Shown: in pieces, positions 47,717 through 60,340 of the stretch
How positions within the stretch are numbered: position 1 is the first letter of the stretch
Layout: each line of letters begins with the position of its first letter
From: Schmidtea polychroa
Lineage: Eukaryota
Assembly (NCBI GenBank): GCA_044892525.1
Contig: CM097885.1
Location: forward strand, 2,916,001-2,980,000
Direction: 5' to 3'
DNA length: 64,000 nucleotides
Notes under the pieces: model-generated
Database searches by the model: none
What the model saw: the letters and a program-made list of their open reading frames with translations, nothing else
Told to the model about the DNA's origin: nothing
Translations under genes and position numbers: made by a program

Positions 47717-48272
47717 TAGGTATAGGTAGTGGTGAGAACTTGGTAATGAAATAGTGGGGGTAAAAGTGGTGAAGGTAATAGTAGTGAAGGTAATAGTGGT
47801 GGAGGTAAAAGGGGTGAAGGTAATATTGGTGAAGGTAGAAAGAGGTAGTAGTGATAGTTATGATAAATGTAAGACAACACAAAAATAAGAAGAGAAATAA
47901 ACACATAATAGGTCTATGGGTGGATTGAATGGATTGGTGACTGGATTGAATGATGAATCCAACGATGAGATTGGATTGAGTTTGAGTGATGAAATTGGGA
48001 TGAGAGTATTAGGTTCGGATATTTGATCGTTGGTATGTCTGTATTGAGGTGGTTGAGTTTGGATCATAGTGGCACCGTAGCCAGATTGGATTGATTGGGT
48101 TTAATCTCCATATTGGTAAAGAGAGGTATAGTATTAGTGATAATTGTAATAAAAAGGTGTAAAAAACACTAATAATGAGAGATAGATAAAAAACACGATA
48201 ACGATAGGACTCTGGGTGGATTGAATGGATTGGTTGGGTGTATCTGAGAAAATCTTTGAGTGATGAGGTTCG

Positions 48273-49159
48273 AGAGTAGAGAGATGTGAGCCCGCGGGGA
48301 CAAAGACATATATCCCCTCCCCCCAGGGTAAAAAAAATTTTTATTTTTTTTAAAAGTACATGAGCCCGCGGGGACAAAGACATATAACCCCCCCTTCCCC
48401 CCGGGGTAAAAATTTTTTTTATTTTTTTTTAAAGTACATGAGTTGCGGGGACAAAGACATTTTATTTTCAAGGTCAAAAATAATTTTTTTTTAAAAATCA
48501 TGAGCCTGCGGGGACAAAGACAATTTTTTCAAATTTTAGAATTTTTTTTAATTTTTAGAGTTCCCGCCAACGAAAATTAATCCACGATGGCTCATTTGGA
48601 AGCTCATTGCAAGACCGTTCGATATGCATCCTTATTATCATTATTATTGGTGAAGATATTATTATTTTTCAAAATATTATTTTTCAAGGTCAAAGGTTTT
48701 TCTTTAAAAACATGAGCCCGCGGGGACAAACACATTTTTTCCAAGGTCATTTTTTTTTCAAGGTCGAATTATTTTTTCAAGATCATTTTTTAAAATTAAA
48801 ATTTACGAAAATTTTTCAACTATAGCTCATTTTATAGCTCAATTCAAAACCTTTCGTATGAGCCATATATCTTATTATTAACATTATTATTTCTAAAGAT
48901 ATTATTATTATTATTATTAGTATTAATATATATACTCTGAGTTTATCCGACAAAATATTCTGTCCCCCAATGGGTAATGCTTACAAAGGTAATACTCACA
49001 CTCAACATGTCGCAAGGGTATATTAAACAAAAAATACATTTATTTAAACAATTAAATAATTTAACAAGGGTTATGTAAATACAAAGTCATTTTATTATTA
49101 TTATTAACATTATTATTTTATTACAATTAATATTATTATTAATATCATTAATATTATTA

Positions 49160-49191
<32 letters not shown>

Positions 49192-50120
49192 GTTATTATT
49201 ACTGTTATTATTACTATTATTATTATTATTATTAATATTATTAGTATTATTATTATTATTATTAGTATTAATATATATATATATATATATATACTCCGAG
49301 TTTATCCGCCAAAATATTCTGTCCCCCTATGGGTATTGCTCAAAAGGGTACTGCTCACGCTCAACAAAACAGAATAGAACTGTTCACAATGATATTATTA
49401 TTTTCAAGGTCGTATTATTATTTTTCAAATTATTATTATTTTCAAAGTTTTAATCAATATTATTATTATTATTTGCATTATTATTATAATTTGCAAATAT
49501 TCATAAAACTTTATTTCTACGTCAATTTCATGATTTTCAACATTTTCATCATTTGCATGAATATTTTAATAATTTTTAATATTTTCATAATTTCCAACTT
49601 TATCAACATTTTCATGATTTTCATAATTATTAATATTTTCATGGATTTTTAACATTTTCATAATTTTCTACATTTTCAATATTTTCATAATTATTTCAGG
49701 AACATTTTCATCAAATATTTTTCAAAGTAATATTTTCAAAGAATTATTTCCAAAGAGTTTTTCAAAGTTCTTCTTTTTCTTCTTATTATTTTAAAAGGTA
49801 TTTTTAAAGTTATATTGTTTTCATGTAATTATTATTATTATTATTATTATTGGCAATTAATCATGAAACTTAAATTCTATGTCAATTTAAGGATTTTCAA
49901 CATTTTTATTATTTGCATGAATATTTTAATAATTTTCAATATTTTTTAATATTTCTTTACTATTATTATTATTTTAAATTATCATTTTTACAGTTTTACA
50001 GAAAGTTTTAAAAGTATTTTCAAATACAAGTTCAAAGTATTAGGCGCGCGGGGAATATTATTATCATATATACTCCTAGTCTATCCGACAAGATATTCTG
50101 TCCCCTTATGGTATTGCTCA
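48273..50120 (+). mobile_element. Orphan Polinton-type terminus with subterminal non-coding sequence
   Basis: AGTAGAGAGATGTG start; CCCCTCCCCC..AAAAAAATTTTTT block as at 625-657; repeated GAGCCCGCGGGGACAAAGACA and TCAAGGTC; three copies of a motif shared with 5671-5950. Confidence 0.6.
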
Positions 50121-51489
50121 TTAGTTAATATAACTTTGTGAGAAATGCATATTCATTAATATATATTCATTGATAATTTTGGTAGAAAGTCTTTATCATT
50201 TGGAGTAAATTTCTGTCTTTGTTCGAGTCAAAAAGGAGTTATAATAGAAACATTTGGTTATCATTTAACCAATTAAGGTGCTTATTAGTTAGAAATATAG
50301 GGTTACAATTATCTTCTAATTTAATGATCATTGGGTGTAATATATCTTTGTGAGAAATACATGATTAACATTTTTAAATAGAGATTTTTGAGTAACCAAA
50401 ACAGAGATATTTTGTGTGAATAATTTAAGAATATTGGTTAACTTTGTCATTTTAGTCATTTAAAATAATATTTAGCAAAGGTAATTTAGCAAAATATCAT
50501 TGAAAGATTTATCCATCCGATAACAATATTCCTTCAATAGATTTTACCCTTAATATTCAACCGATTTTATTTCTAGAAATCTAATAAAAATCATAAATTT
50601 CCTTCACTGATATCCCCACAATGAATAAAATAATTTAAAGAAATAACCTTTGATATCAATCCCAATTAATTCTAAAGATTTCAAATATTTCATGTGCAAA
50701 ACCAAGTAAATTGATCATTAACCCTAAACGACTTAATAAAACTGTGGAGAATTAATAAAAACTTGTTCTAAAACATAAATCTAAATTACTGTGCAATAAC
50801 ATTCTCTTAATTCTCATTGGTTGTAAATATAATTAAATTCTTTATTAAAAACTTTTAAAATTTTTACTGAAAATTAAAATTAAAAATAATAAAATAAAAT
50901 AAAATAAAGAAAAAGCTGAGTCAGTATTGCATTAGTTTGGAAAGAGCGAAAAGTAATCTAATCAGTACTACGAGAATTGATTAACTAAAGTGATTATTTT
51001 ACAAGGTAATTAACGTTTTCATCGTTTCTTTACCGGTGAAAGCAATTCTGCTAAATAGAAATTGATTTTCGAGTTACAGTTTAAGCAACAGGAAACTAGA
51101 AAACTGCGTTGCTAGCTTTTAACATTTATTTATCAGAGGGTAGATATTACTACCGATCCCGTATCTTTTCGCTTTCACAGTTGAGCAATGCTGTTGATCA
51201 ATTAGGATCTTGCATTCACCGTCTTAGAAATACATGAGAACGGTTTGTATAACCGATATCTTTGCCTCTGTTATATCGCGACAACTTTTTGGGTAACACG
51301 TTTTGTAATTTCTTAACTGTATATCATAAACCATGTTTGTATTTATTTGTTGAATACAGTCTATTTTCTAATGCGAGTTGTATTCTTATTTGTGAAATGA
51401 ACATAGATCTTTAAAGTCATATTAGAGGAGCGTGTGTTAGTCGTATACCACGCACGGACCTAACATTTTGATGAGCCCCACATGATCTG

Positions 51490-52050
51490 TGTAACGATTC
51501 AGTGGTGATCTGGGAGAATTCCAGAATTTATGTCCAAATATTATCAGATGGCAAAGGCATATGCCTACCCAGACAACAAATGATGATTGCAGAGATTACA
51601 AATCTATTTGAAAAGGCTTGCAGAGAAAGTACAATGATGTAATGGCATTTCCAGCTCTAAATGTACCTAAAACATGGGCAGAAATGACAGAAGCAATGAC
51701 AACTAGAATATTACTCGGAGATGTGGGCAGAATCTTTTGACAGCAGTTATATCATAGAAAGCAGAACCCAAATGAACACGTTTGGGAATTTTCTGATCAA
51801 TTATCGTTAATTGCTAAAAGAGCATTTGGACTCAAGTCTATTTGAGCACAACCAACAGAGTTATTAGTAAAAGATCAGTTATGTGCCGAAACGCGCTGAT
51901 TCTTCGCGTGGCAGATAACTATGATGAACTAACAAGAAAACCAGTTTTATTAGAGATTAGTTTAGAGAAATCAACTATGTTCATAGTGAATAGGGAGAAA
52001 TCGCCAGTGGTATGTTTCAATTGTCATAAAAAGGACCATATTGCCAAGGA
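51490..52050 (+). mobile_element. LTR retrotransposon gag relic
   Basis: Degenerate zinc knuckle CFNCHKKDHIAKD and RKQNPNE-like gag segment in broken frames. A short related fragment lies at ~30425-30527. Confidence 0.55.
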
Positions 52051-55000
52051 CGAACCAGAATAGAAAAGACATAATAAAGCAGAAAACACCAAACGAATAC
52101 AGTGTTCAAAAGCAACCTGGAAACAATCAGATCGACAAAAAAGAAATAATTTCCACAAAAATCTGTAATTTAAAATTAAAAATAAACAAATAACCAATCA
52201 AATGGTAATAAATATGAAAAATAAATCAAAATATATTAACATCCACATAAATACTCGATCCTGATTGGCTGAAAAAACATAACCAAAAACTATATAAGTG
52301 TCCCTCGTAAAGGACTTTTTCACTGTTTAAACTTCAATCATTCAGCCAGACAATTTACCCATTTATTTAAATAGATTCAGCAATCTACTTATTGTATCAA
52401 TCTATTGTTTACCGAAATATTTGAAACTTTCGCAGGGTATTACGTAATTATATTTTGTTTTATTTTCATGTCAAGTATTAATGGTACTGTAATGTAATTT
52501 AATGATCACTCAATTAAACATTTAACGTAATAGTTCATTAACAGTTGAATTTGTATAAATATGTTTTTAGTTTATCTAGGATATTATATTATTTGATTGT
52601 CAATTTTGATTTTTTGAAGGCAATGGTGTTGAAACCCAGTGTGGCTATGGTGGAAGTGATCATCGGGTCAGCTGGAGATTTCAATCATTTCAGTTGATCG
52701 GACCACGGGCTAGAGGGTCTCCAGTGACTCCGACAATGTAGGTATTTTTATGGTACAAGTATCGTAGTGACATCATTTTATCACAGTGAATGTAGATTTA
52801 TAATAAGTGAAATTGTAAATTTAGAACCAGTAGCTGAGGATTCCAGCATATAACAGTTAGAATTTTCATCAATAGATCTTGTTCGAACTCAATCACGAAC
52901 ATCGAGAATCAGAATCAGTATTGTAAATAAGATTTTAATAAATGTTTAGCTTTTATGACTTTTAATATCATTTTTAATATCAGAATGGGTTTTCTTAAGT
53001 ATAGATGAATAATTTGTATTTTCTAAAGTTGAAAATGTGTGTGTATCTAAAACTTGGCTAAAAAGGCATTGTTTAAGGTTTTATTAGCGTGTATTTGAAA
53101 TAAATAATGATGTCATTTTATAGAGATTTAATTTCTATCTATATATTGTTTGAGTTAAACTATCTTTGTCATATAATAAAATATACGTGTATATTCAAAA
53201 ATGGTGCACTAAAATATGAAATTTCACAATTTTGAATACGTCATATTCCCATTTAATGGAGAATTTAATTTCAACTATATTAGCATAAAAAGTAAATGAA
53301 AAATAGTAGGGAGGTGTCCAAAAGAGGTTTGTGGGAGTCGCGGATTGCTGTTGGCTGGAGTCCACTTACGGAAGATACCAACATATTGTATAAATTGAAT
53401 AAACGAGTGACGATCCATCGGTAAATTAACTGGCAGGAAGTAATTATGTAAACATCTGACTATTGGATATAAACAATCATAATTACACAATCTAACCATT
53501 TAGTAAATGTTTATCATTGCAATTTCAAATATTAAGATAGTTTACATGGGATTACAAGAATTTTCTTTGATGGACTTTGATGCAATAATAACTAGAATTC
53601 ATAACTGTGTTACTAGTGATAAATCTAATGCCCAAACATAGGGACATTTTCCTTAATCATAACTGTAAATGTGGAGAAAACATAAATGGGAAATTATTTC
53701 GCTTTCATATTTGTCATTAACGTTAATAATTCAAATGCAGAGAGGCTGATAATGGCGATGATAATAATGATCTAGGTAGGACAAAGATGAGATCAAGTGA
53801 AATTTTGTAGAATATTCATGACAAGTAATGATCATAATCTAGCATCCTCAAGCAGTGATAAAACCCAGGCAAGGTAATCTATATCATCAGCTTCTTTTTT
53901 CTCTTGATTGTTCCGTTATTTGACTCATGCTTGGAAAATCTTTCGACTAACGATGTTTATGCTTATCTTCGGTTCATACTTAGATAATAGCTTCAACTCT
54001 CAAGGCAAAAGAAATTTGGCAACAAAAAAATAGAGGATTGCCTATGGTGGGTTACAGGTAAACATATATTTTACCATGTCGTGCTGTTTCCAGCGTAACC
54101 CAAAATACAAACAACCATTTCTTCGCTTGATACCCGTTGAGTGATCAACTTCGTACTATATCAAGTGGGTGAGTAATAGCAAAAAGTGAGCGCGCAATCG
54201 CACTATAATTGTCGGCCACTCCTTGGGTTCACATACTGCCGATAAAAGGCTGGTCCGATTTACTCCGGGCCCATTTTTGGATTATTTTCCTCCAAGTCGG
54301 GACTATTCTCACGGCGCTGGTTCTACTTTTGTCTCGATATTTCACCTCTTTAGTTTATTTTTATATTATACAACTTTAACCAATTATTTACACTTGCTAG
54401 CCGGCGTTTACAATTAGACATTCGCATTCTTTCACTGACCATTCAAATATAATTTCCCTGTGACAATTATGATTGGTTTTCATAATCATTCAATAATTAA
54501 TAAAAAATTGATAAAAATAATTAATAACAAAATCAATAAAAATATTTAATAAACATAATCAATAAAAATAATTGATAAAATAATCAATAAAAATAATTGA
54601 TGAAATAATCACTAAAAATAATTGATTAAATGCAAATATTATCGACATCAGGATGCGGGCAAATAAAATCAAAGTGCGAGCCAATGAAATCGCGCCAAAA
54701 TAATCAATAAATAAAAATACAAATAAACCAATTACAATATGATAAACATCGGCAAATATTTGCTGCAAATGGAATTTCACCTCACGCCATCTCGAGCTCC
54801 ACCGATCGGGTCGTTTGTTTAAATTCTTCCATTTCCGATTTCGATTGCTGCAATTGCGCTCGTTTTCTCCCTAATTTCTCCTGGAAATCCTCGATCTGAT
54901 TGATTGCACCCGAGTGCCTAGGAAACCGAGCCGATAGGAATATCTATAACAAATCAATATGAAATCACAAATAATAAATAGATGAGTCATCGTGCCTGAT

Positions 55001-55478
55001 TTGGTGGACCTAATTTCCCCTTAGCAACCAATGTTTACACTGATTTATTTATTTTATTATAAATTTTCATTTTCCAATTGACTTATTTTAATTATTTCAT
55101 AAAATTTTTAATTCAAGATTTAGATTAAATTCTAATTTATATTTTAATTTTTGGATCAATGAAATATCTTTTTTATTTTTAATATTTTATTTAACTTTCC
55201 AATAAAATTTAACTTTTTGTTATCAAATTATAATTTAAATAATTTTGTAAGATTTAAAACAAATGTGAAAATCGCTGAAAATCAACATTAATAATATTTC
55301 GAATTGAGCTCATAGCTAAAATACAATATTTATAAAATGTTTGTTTATCTACATCAAATGCAAATTATAAATATTGAAATTGTAAACGTCAGCGGAAATA
55401 ATTAATATAATAAGTATGATTTATGATTTATGATGTAAATGTTGAAATATTTTGATAATTTTATTAATTTTAGATAAA

Positions 55479-56898
55479 ATGTTTGCAAGCGTATGGGAAA
55501 TGATGAAGAGGAATAAATTTGAATTTGATAGTGAAATCAGCAATGAATTGATATGCAGAATTTGCAAATGTTTAATGATAAAGGCTTGCAATGCTCCTTG
55601 CGGTTGTCGCTTTTGTTCTGATTGCATTGAGCATTATTTGGATGGAAACGATAAATTCTGTCCAGGAGCAGCAAAACATTGCGGAAAGAAAATGATAAAT
55701 TTTGCAAATGATATTGTAGTAGACTATAATGCTAACAGTCGAATTTCAGGAATGATAGTGAAATGCCCTATGCAGAATTGTCAATTCAAAGATGAATTAG
55801 AGGTGATGGAGAGCCACATGAGGACATGCACCAAGCAGCCAATAAAATGCCCGTTCAATAGGATTGGATGCGAAATGAATGATGTAGAGAAGGACGAAAT
55901 GAGAGTCCATCTCAATGAGAACAATGAAGGTCATAGCAAATTAATGATTGATCAGATCAGCAATTTGTGCAATGAGATGAAGGCAATGAGAGAGGAGAAT
56001 GCCAAATTGCGTGTGGAAATTACCAATATTAATGTAAAATTTTATTTGCAATTAATTTATTGATATTTCTGATTGTAGGAGAAACTGGGCAATATTGAAA
56101 GGAAAGAGGCGGAGAACAGAGCAGAAATAGAAGAATTGAATGAGGAAATGGTGGCATTGAAGAATGAGAATCGCTCATTGCGAATGGAGATGGAGACAAA
56201 TATTGGATCAATCAATCAAGTTTGATTATTGATTTGATTTGTTATTGATTTGTTATTGATGCAATCAGATCAGACAGCAAATTGAGGTGATTGAATCAAA
56301 ATGTCAACAGCAAACTGATGAGATGAAAGAGAAATGCGAGCAGCGGCTGCAACGGGAGAATGAAAAGGTGATTTATTGATTTATTGAAATATTTGAATTT
56401 GAGATTCAGCTGCAGCTTGAAATGGCGAAATGCGCCAATGAAATTCAGCAGGTTGAAACAAAATTAGGAAGTGAAAAATATATAAATTATGGATTTTTTG
56501 AATGGCAAATCGATAAATTTTCACAACAAAATAGAAGTGAATGGATTTACAGCGAGGCATTTTATTCCGGGCCAATTGGTTACAAAATGTGCTTGTGGGT
56601 GTGGATTAGGGGTAATTGGGTTGAGGTTGGTTTCTGTGTGATGCGTGGGGCAAATGATGAGCAATTGGACTGGCCGTTCAATCAATCGGTGGCAATCGAT
56701 GTGATCGATCCAGCAAATGGCAGCATTTATATGAGTGAGTCAATGAAATATTCAGATCGCACTCGTCATGCCGGATGGGGGAAACCGTCAAATGACAGAA
56801 ATGATCCGATTTGCATTTATAATTATGATAGCTCAATCTATAAATTAGCAGCCAAAAGTGATAAATTGCTGCTCAGGTGCAGAATTGAAAAATTATGA
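55479..56898 (+). CDS. TNF receptor-associated factor (TRAF)-family protein, 4 exons, ~427 aa
   Basis: Exons 55479-56033, 56079-56219, 56269-56367 and 56410-56898 (phase-0 GT-AG). RING-like CRIC...CGCRFCSDC...CP, TRAF Zn fingers, coiled coil, MATH domain (EWQI, YSEAFYSGPIGYKMCL, MRGANDEQLDWPF). Confidence 0.9.
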
Positions 56899-58539
56899 AA
56901 AATTAGAAAAACATTTCAATAAAAAATTGATTTATTTTGGCTTTTGATCTGATTTATTATTTGCCTTATTATTATTATTATTGATTTATTATATGAGCTA
57001 ATTATTGTGATAATCATTGTCATTCTCCCCCCCCCCCGCGCGCCTTCCATCCGATATTATCATTATATTTATTATAATTAAATTAATAAGAGTTGTGGAG
57101 AAATTATTGCTGTATTGAATGGCAGTAAAATGCACCTAAATGCAATACTAAAATTGCCTTATATCAAATTGATTAATGCCTTAACATTTCACCTCCGCCA
57201 GCTATTTGTGAGGCATTTCAACGCAATCCGCAACAACAATACTGATAAAATGTTCCAATATTGCTTTCACATCAGTTTGGGTAAGTTTACCAAAATGAGA
57301 GCTGTCGATGCGATGAGGGCAATCAGTGCTTTCTAAACTCTATCAAATTCTGTTACGCATTCTTTTAATGAGATTTTCTTAACAGCTAATGAAATGATTT
57401 AATATTAAATAATCTAACATTTCATAAATTTATTCACTTTTTCATTAGCTAAATGTTCAAATATAATATAATTAAATCAAAAATGATTTCATGTAAATTA
57501 ATATTTAAATTCACAATTGAGAATCAGAGACACTGGTGTAATAGAATTTTACATTTTTTAAATATAATTTCGAACCAAAACAGAACCTCAATTACGTTTT
57601 ATTTTTACTTCTGTTTTGGCGTTCTCCACTTCCTGGAACTAAATATATTAAAAAAACTTTATAGCGATAATTTGCTATAGTAAAAATTGACAAAATTAAA
57701 AAATCGAATTAGAAATTTTGATAACTAAGAAAACAGAAAGTTATATAGAAGATTAATCTTAAGATACTCAAGAATAAAGTTCCGAAAAAGATAAAAAAGA
57801 AAATTATAAAACCTAAACAATTCGAGATTAAAGTTCTGAAAAATATTAAAAGGAATATTATCAAACATTAACAATTCAAGAATAAAATCCCGAAAAAGAT
57901 AAAAAAGAAAATTATAAAGACTTGTCCAATTTCTTTGAGCCGAGGTTTCAGGTCGATTATTTTATATATATTATTTCTTTAATAAAAATTGTTTTCGTTT
58001 ACAACTGTTATTGTTAATTTTATTATACATTTTATTTGGGGTGTCATAAGCACGCAGATACACACGCACCCCGATTGTCCCGCCACAAGTTTTAACGGAG
58101 ACTCTTTCGGGCTCATCAAATTTCTTAAATAATCTATACAAATTAGACACAAGCTAAGAGTAAACATTTGTTGGGCTGAAACCGAGAACTGAGAGTTTGT
58201 TTTAATCGATCGAAAAATACCTAACACAAAAACCGCAAAGTTGGAAAATTTATGACCAAGGTTTAATTTAAAATAAATGAAATAAATTACATCACACATT
58301 AAGAACCAATAAACCCCGTATAATAGAATAAGAGATAAATAAATTTAACAAAAAATTCAACACTTAAAAATTTAAATAGAAAAATAATAAAATATAAAAT
58401 AGAATTAGTTGAAAATTATTTAAACAATATAAAAATTAAATCGTCAAAAATACTAAAATTAGTTAGCATTATATAAATTGTAAAGTTTATAGAATTATTA
58501 TAGAATTAATTATTATAGAATATTATTTTTGTTTAAAAT

Positions 58540-58660
58540 ATTATTATTTTCAAGGTCATATTATTATTTTTCAAAATATTATTATTTTCAAGGTCGTATT
58601 ATTATTTTTCAAAATATTATTATTTTCAAGGTCATATTATTATTTTCAAGGTCATATTAT
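58540..58660 (+). repeat. Tandem TTATTTTCAAGGTC(A/G)TATTA motifs
   Basis: Four copies; the same core motif occurs in the Polinton termini. Confidence 0.8.
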
Positions 58661-59205
58661 TTTTGTTGATTATATGATAATATTTATATTTTTGTTTTAA
58701 TTATCGATTACTTAATAATTTAATTTTGTTTAAATCGTTGATTATATGATAATATTTATATTTTTGTTTTAATTATCGATTACTTAATAATTTAATTTTG
58801 TTTAAATCGTTGATTATATGATAATATTTATATTTTTGTTTTAATTATCGATTACTTAATAATTTAATTTTGTTTAAATCGTTAATTATATAATAATATG
58901 TTTATTTTTTTTTAATTATCGATTACTTAATAATTTAATATTGTTTAAATCGTTAATTATATAATAATATTTTTTTTTTGTTTTAATTATTAATTATGTA
59001 ATAATTAAATTTTGTTTAAATTGTTGATTATATGATAATATTTTTATTTTTGTTTTAATTATCGATTACTTAATAATTTAATATTGTTTAAATCGTTATT
59101 TATATAATAATATTTTTTTGTTTTAATTATCAATTACGTAATAATTTAATTTTGTTTAAATCGTTGATTATATTTTTTTTTGGTTTAATTATCGATTACG
59201 TAATA
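58660..59205 (+). repeat. ~72-bp AT-rich tandem repeat, ~7 copies
   Basis: Unit TTTTGTTTTAATTATCGATTACTTAATAATTTAATTTTGTTTAAATCGTTGATTATATGATAATATTTATAT; period 58681 to 58753. Confidence 0.9.
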
Positions 59206-59315
59206 ATTTAATTTATCATTATTATTGGGAAAGAACGCCCGCGCGGAAGATTACAATTATTATTATCATTTTCAAATTTCTTATTATTTATTTCAAAGTA
59301 TATTATTATTATTAA

Positions 59316-59381
<66 letters not shown>

Positions 59382-59428
59382 TATTATTTCAAATATAAAA
59401 AAGATAAAACACAATAAAAATACATTTA

Positions 59429-59843
59429 TTAATAACCCAAATCAACAATCCGGGAGTAGTGAAACCTTCTCAGAGTTTTCACTAACTCCCATTCGACATA
59501 TCGCCGATATCGATCGGCGCAACATGAGCATCCGATGATGCACTGGTACTCTGGCTCTATTTGTTTGATGGTTCTGTTTATCTTTATATTCCACAGAAAC
59601 TGGTGAAATACCTCCATTATTCTAATTTGAGTTGTGTAGAAAATGAGGTCCGGAATTATTTCTGCTTCTCTATCCTTGATAATTTCAATAATTTGAGGAT
59701 AATAATATTTTATCCTTTTTATCATAACTTCTAAATATTTTTCTAAAATAATAAATAGTAAATAATGTGAAAATAAAAATTTTAAATTTACCGGAATCGT
59801 CGATATCTTTCATGAGGGTTGCAGAGCTTGGTAATTTGTACAT
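59429..59843 (-). CDS. Cys-containing hypothetical protein, apparent homologue of 19405-19773 (2 exons)
   Basis: A 61-nt GT-AG intron (59791-59731) joins MYKLPSSATLMKDIDDS|EVMIKRIKYYYPQI; similar layout ending CIIGCSCC...ELVKTLRR. Confidence 0.55.
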
Positions 59844-59917
59844 GGTGTTGAAAAAATGAATTCTAAACAAAAAACCGTTTGTTTAAATCAATCAATAACC
59901 AATTAGAAATTAACCAA

Positions 59918-60340
59918 TTAGAAATCGACCAATGAAATTATCTCATTTCGAACATTGTCAACAAATTCTCTATACTCCAAATTTCTCAACCCCAGCATGA
60001 CAACCTTTCCACTAGCAAACACGTTGACACATATAGGGTTATATTTTAATAGTCTTAGTGCCGGAAACAATTCCGGTTCAAACATACAATCACATTTTTT
60101 CGACATGTTATATAGATTGATACTATGTCCCATATCCATAGTAACGGTAATTGATTGGATTTTAATATTATTTATTCGATATTGTAATTTATTGATATCC
60201 AAAGGTTTCTTACATCCCATGATTCTGCATTTACCAGTCTTGAAAAATATTATCGGATATTTCCCGCTTCTATCGATAATTTGCTGTGGTTTCCCTGGTG
60301 GGAACCTCATATTCGATACATCAAAATTTCCTCGATAATC
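59918..60340 (-). CDS. Second TBP-like gene (5' end apparently truncated) in a Polinton relic
   Basis: YRG...FPPGKPQQ..D.SGKY.IIFFKTGKCRIMGCKKP...IQSITV...INL...FEPELFPALRL.KYNPICVNVFASGKVVMLG, collinear with 18900-19412. Confidence 0.85.
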   Translation of the reverse strand, partial: DYRGNFDVSNMRFPPGKPQQIIDRSGKYPIIFFKTGKCRIMGCKKPLDINKLQYRINNIKIQSITVTMDMGHSINLYNMSKKCDCMFEPELFPALRLLKYNPICVNVFASGKVVMLGLRNLEYREFVDNVRNEIISLVDF

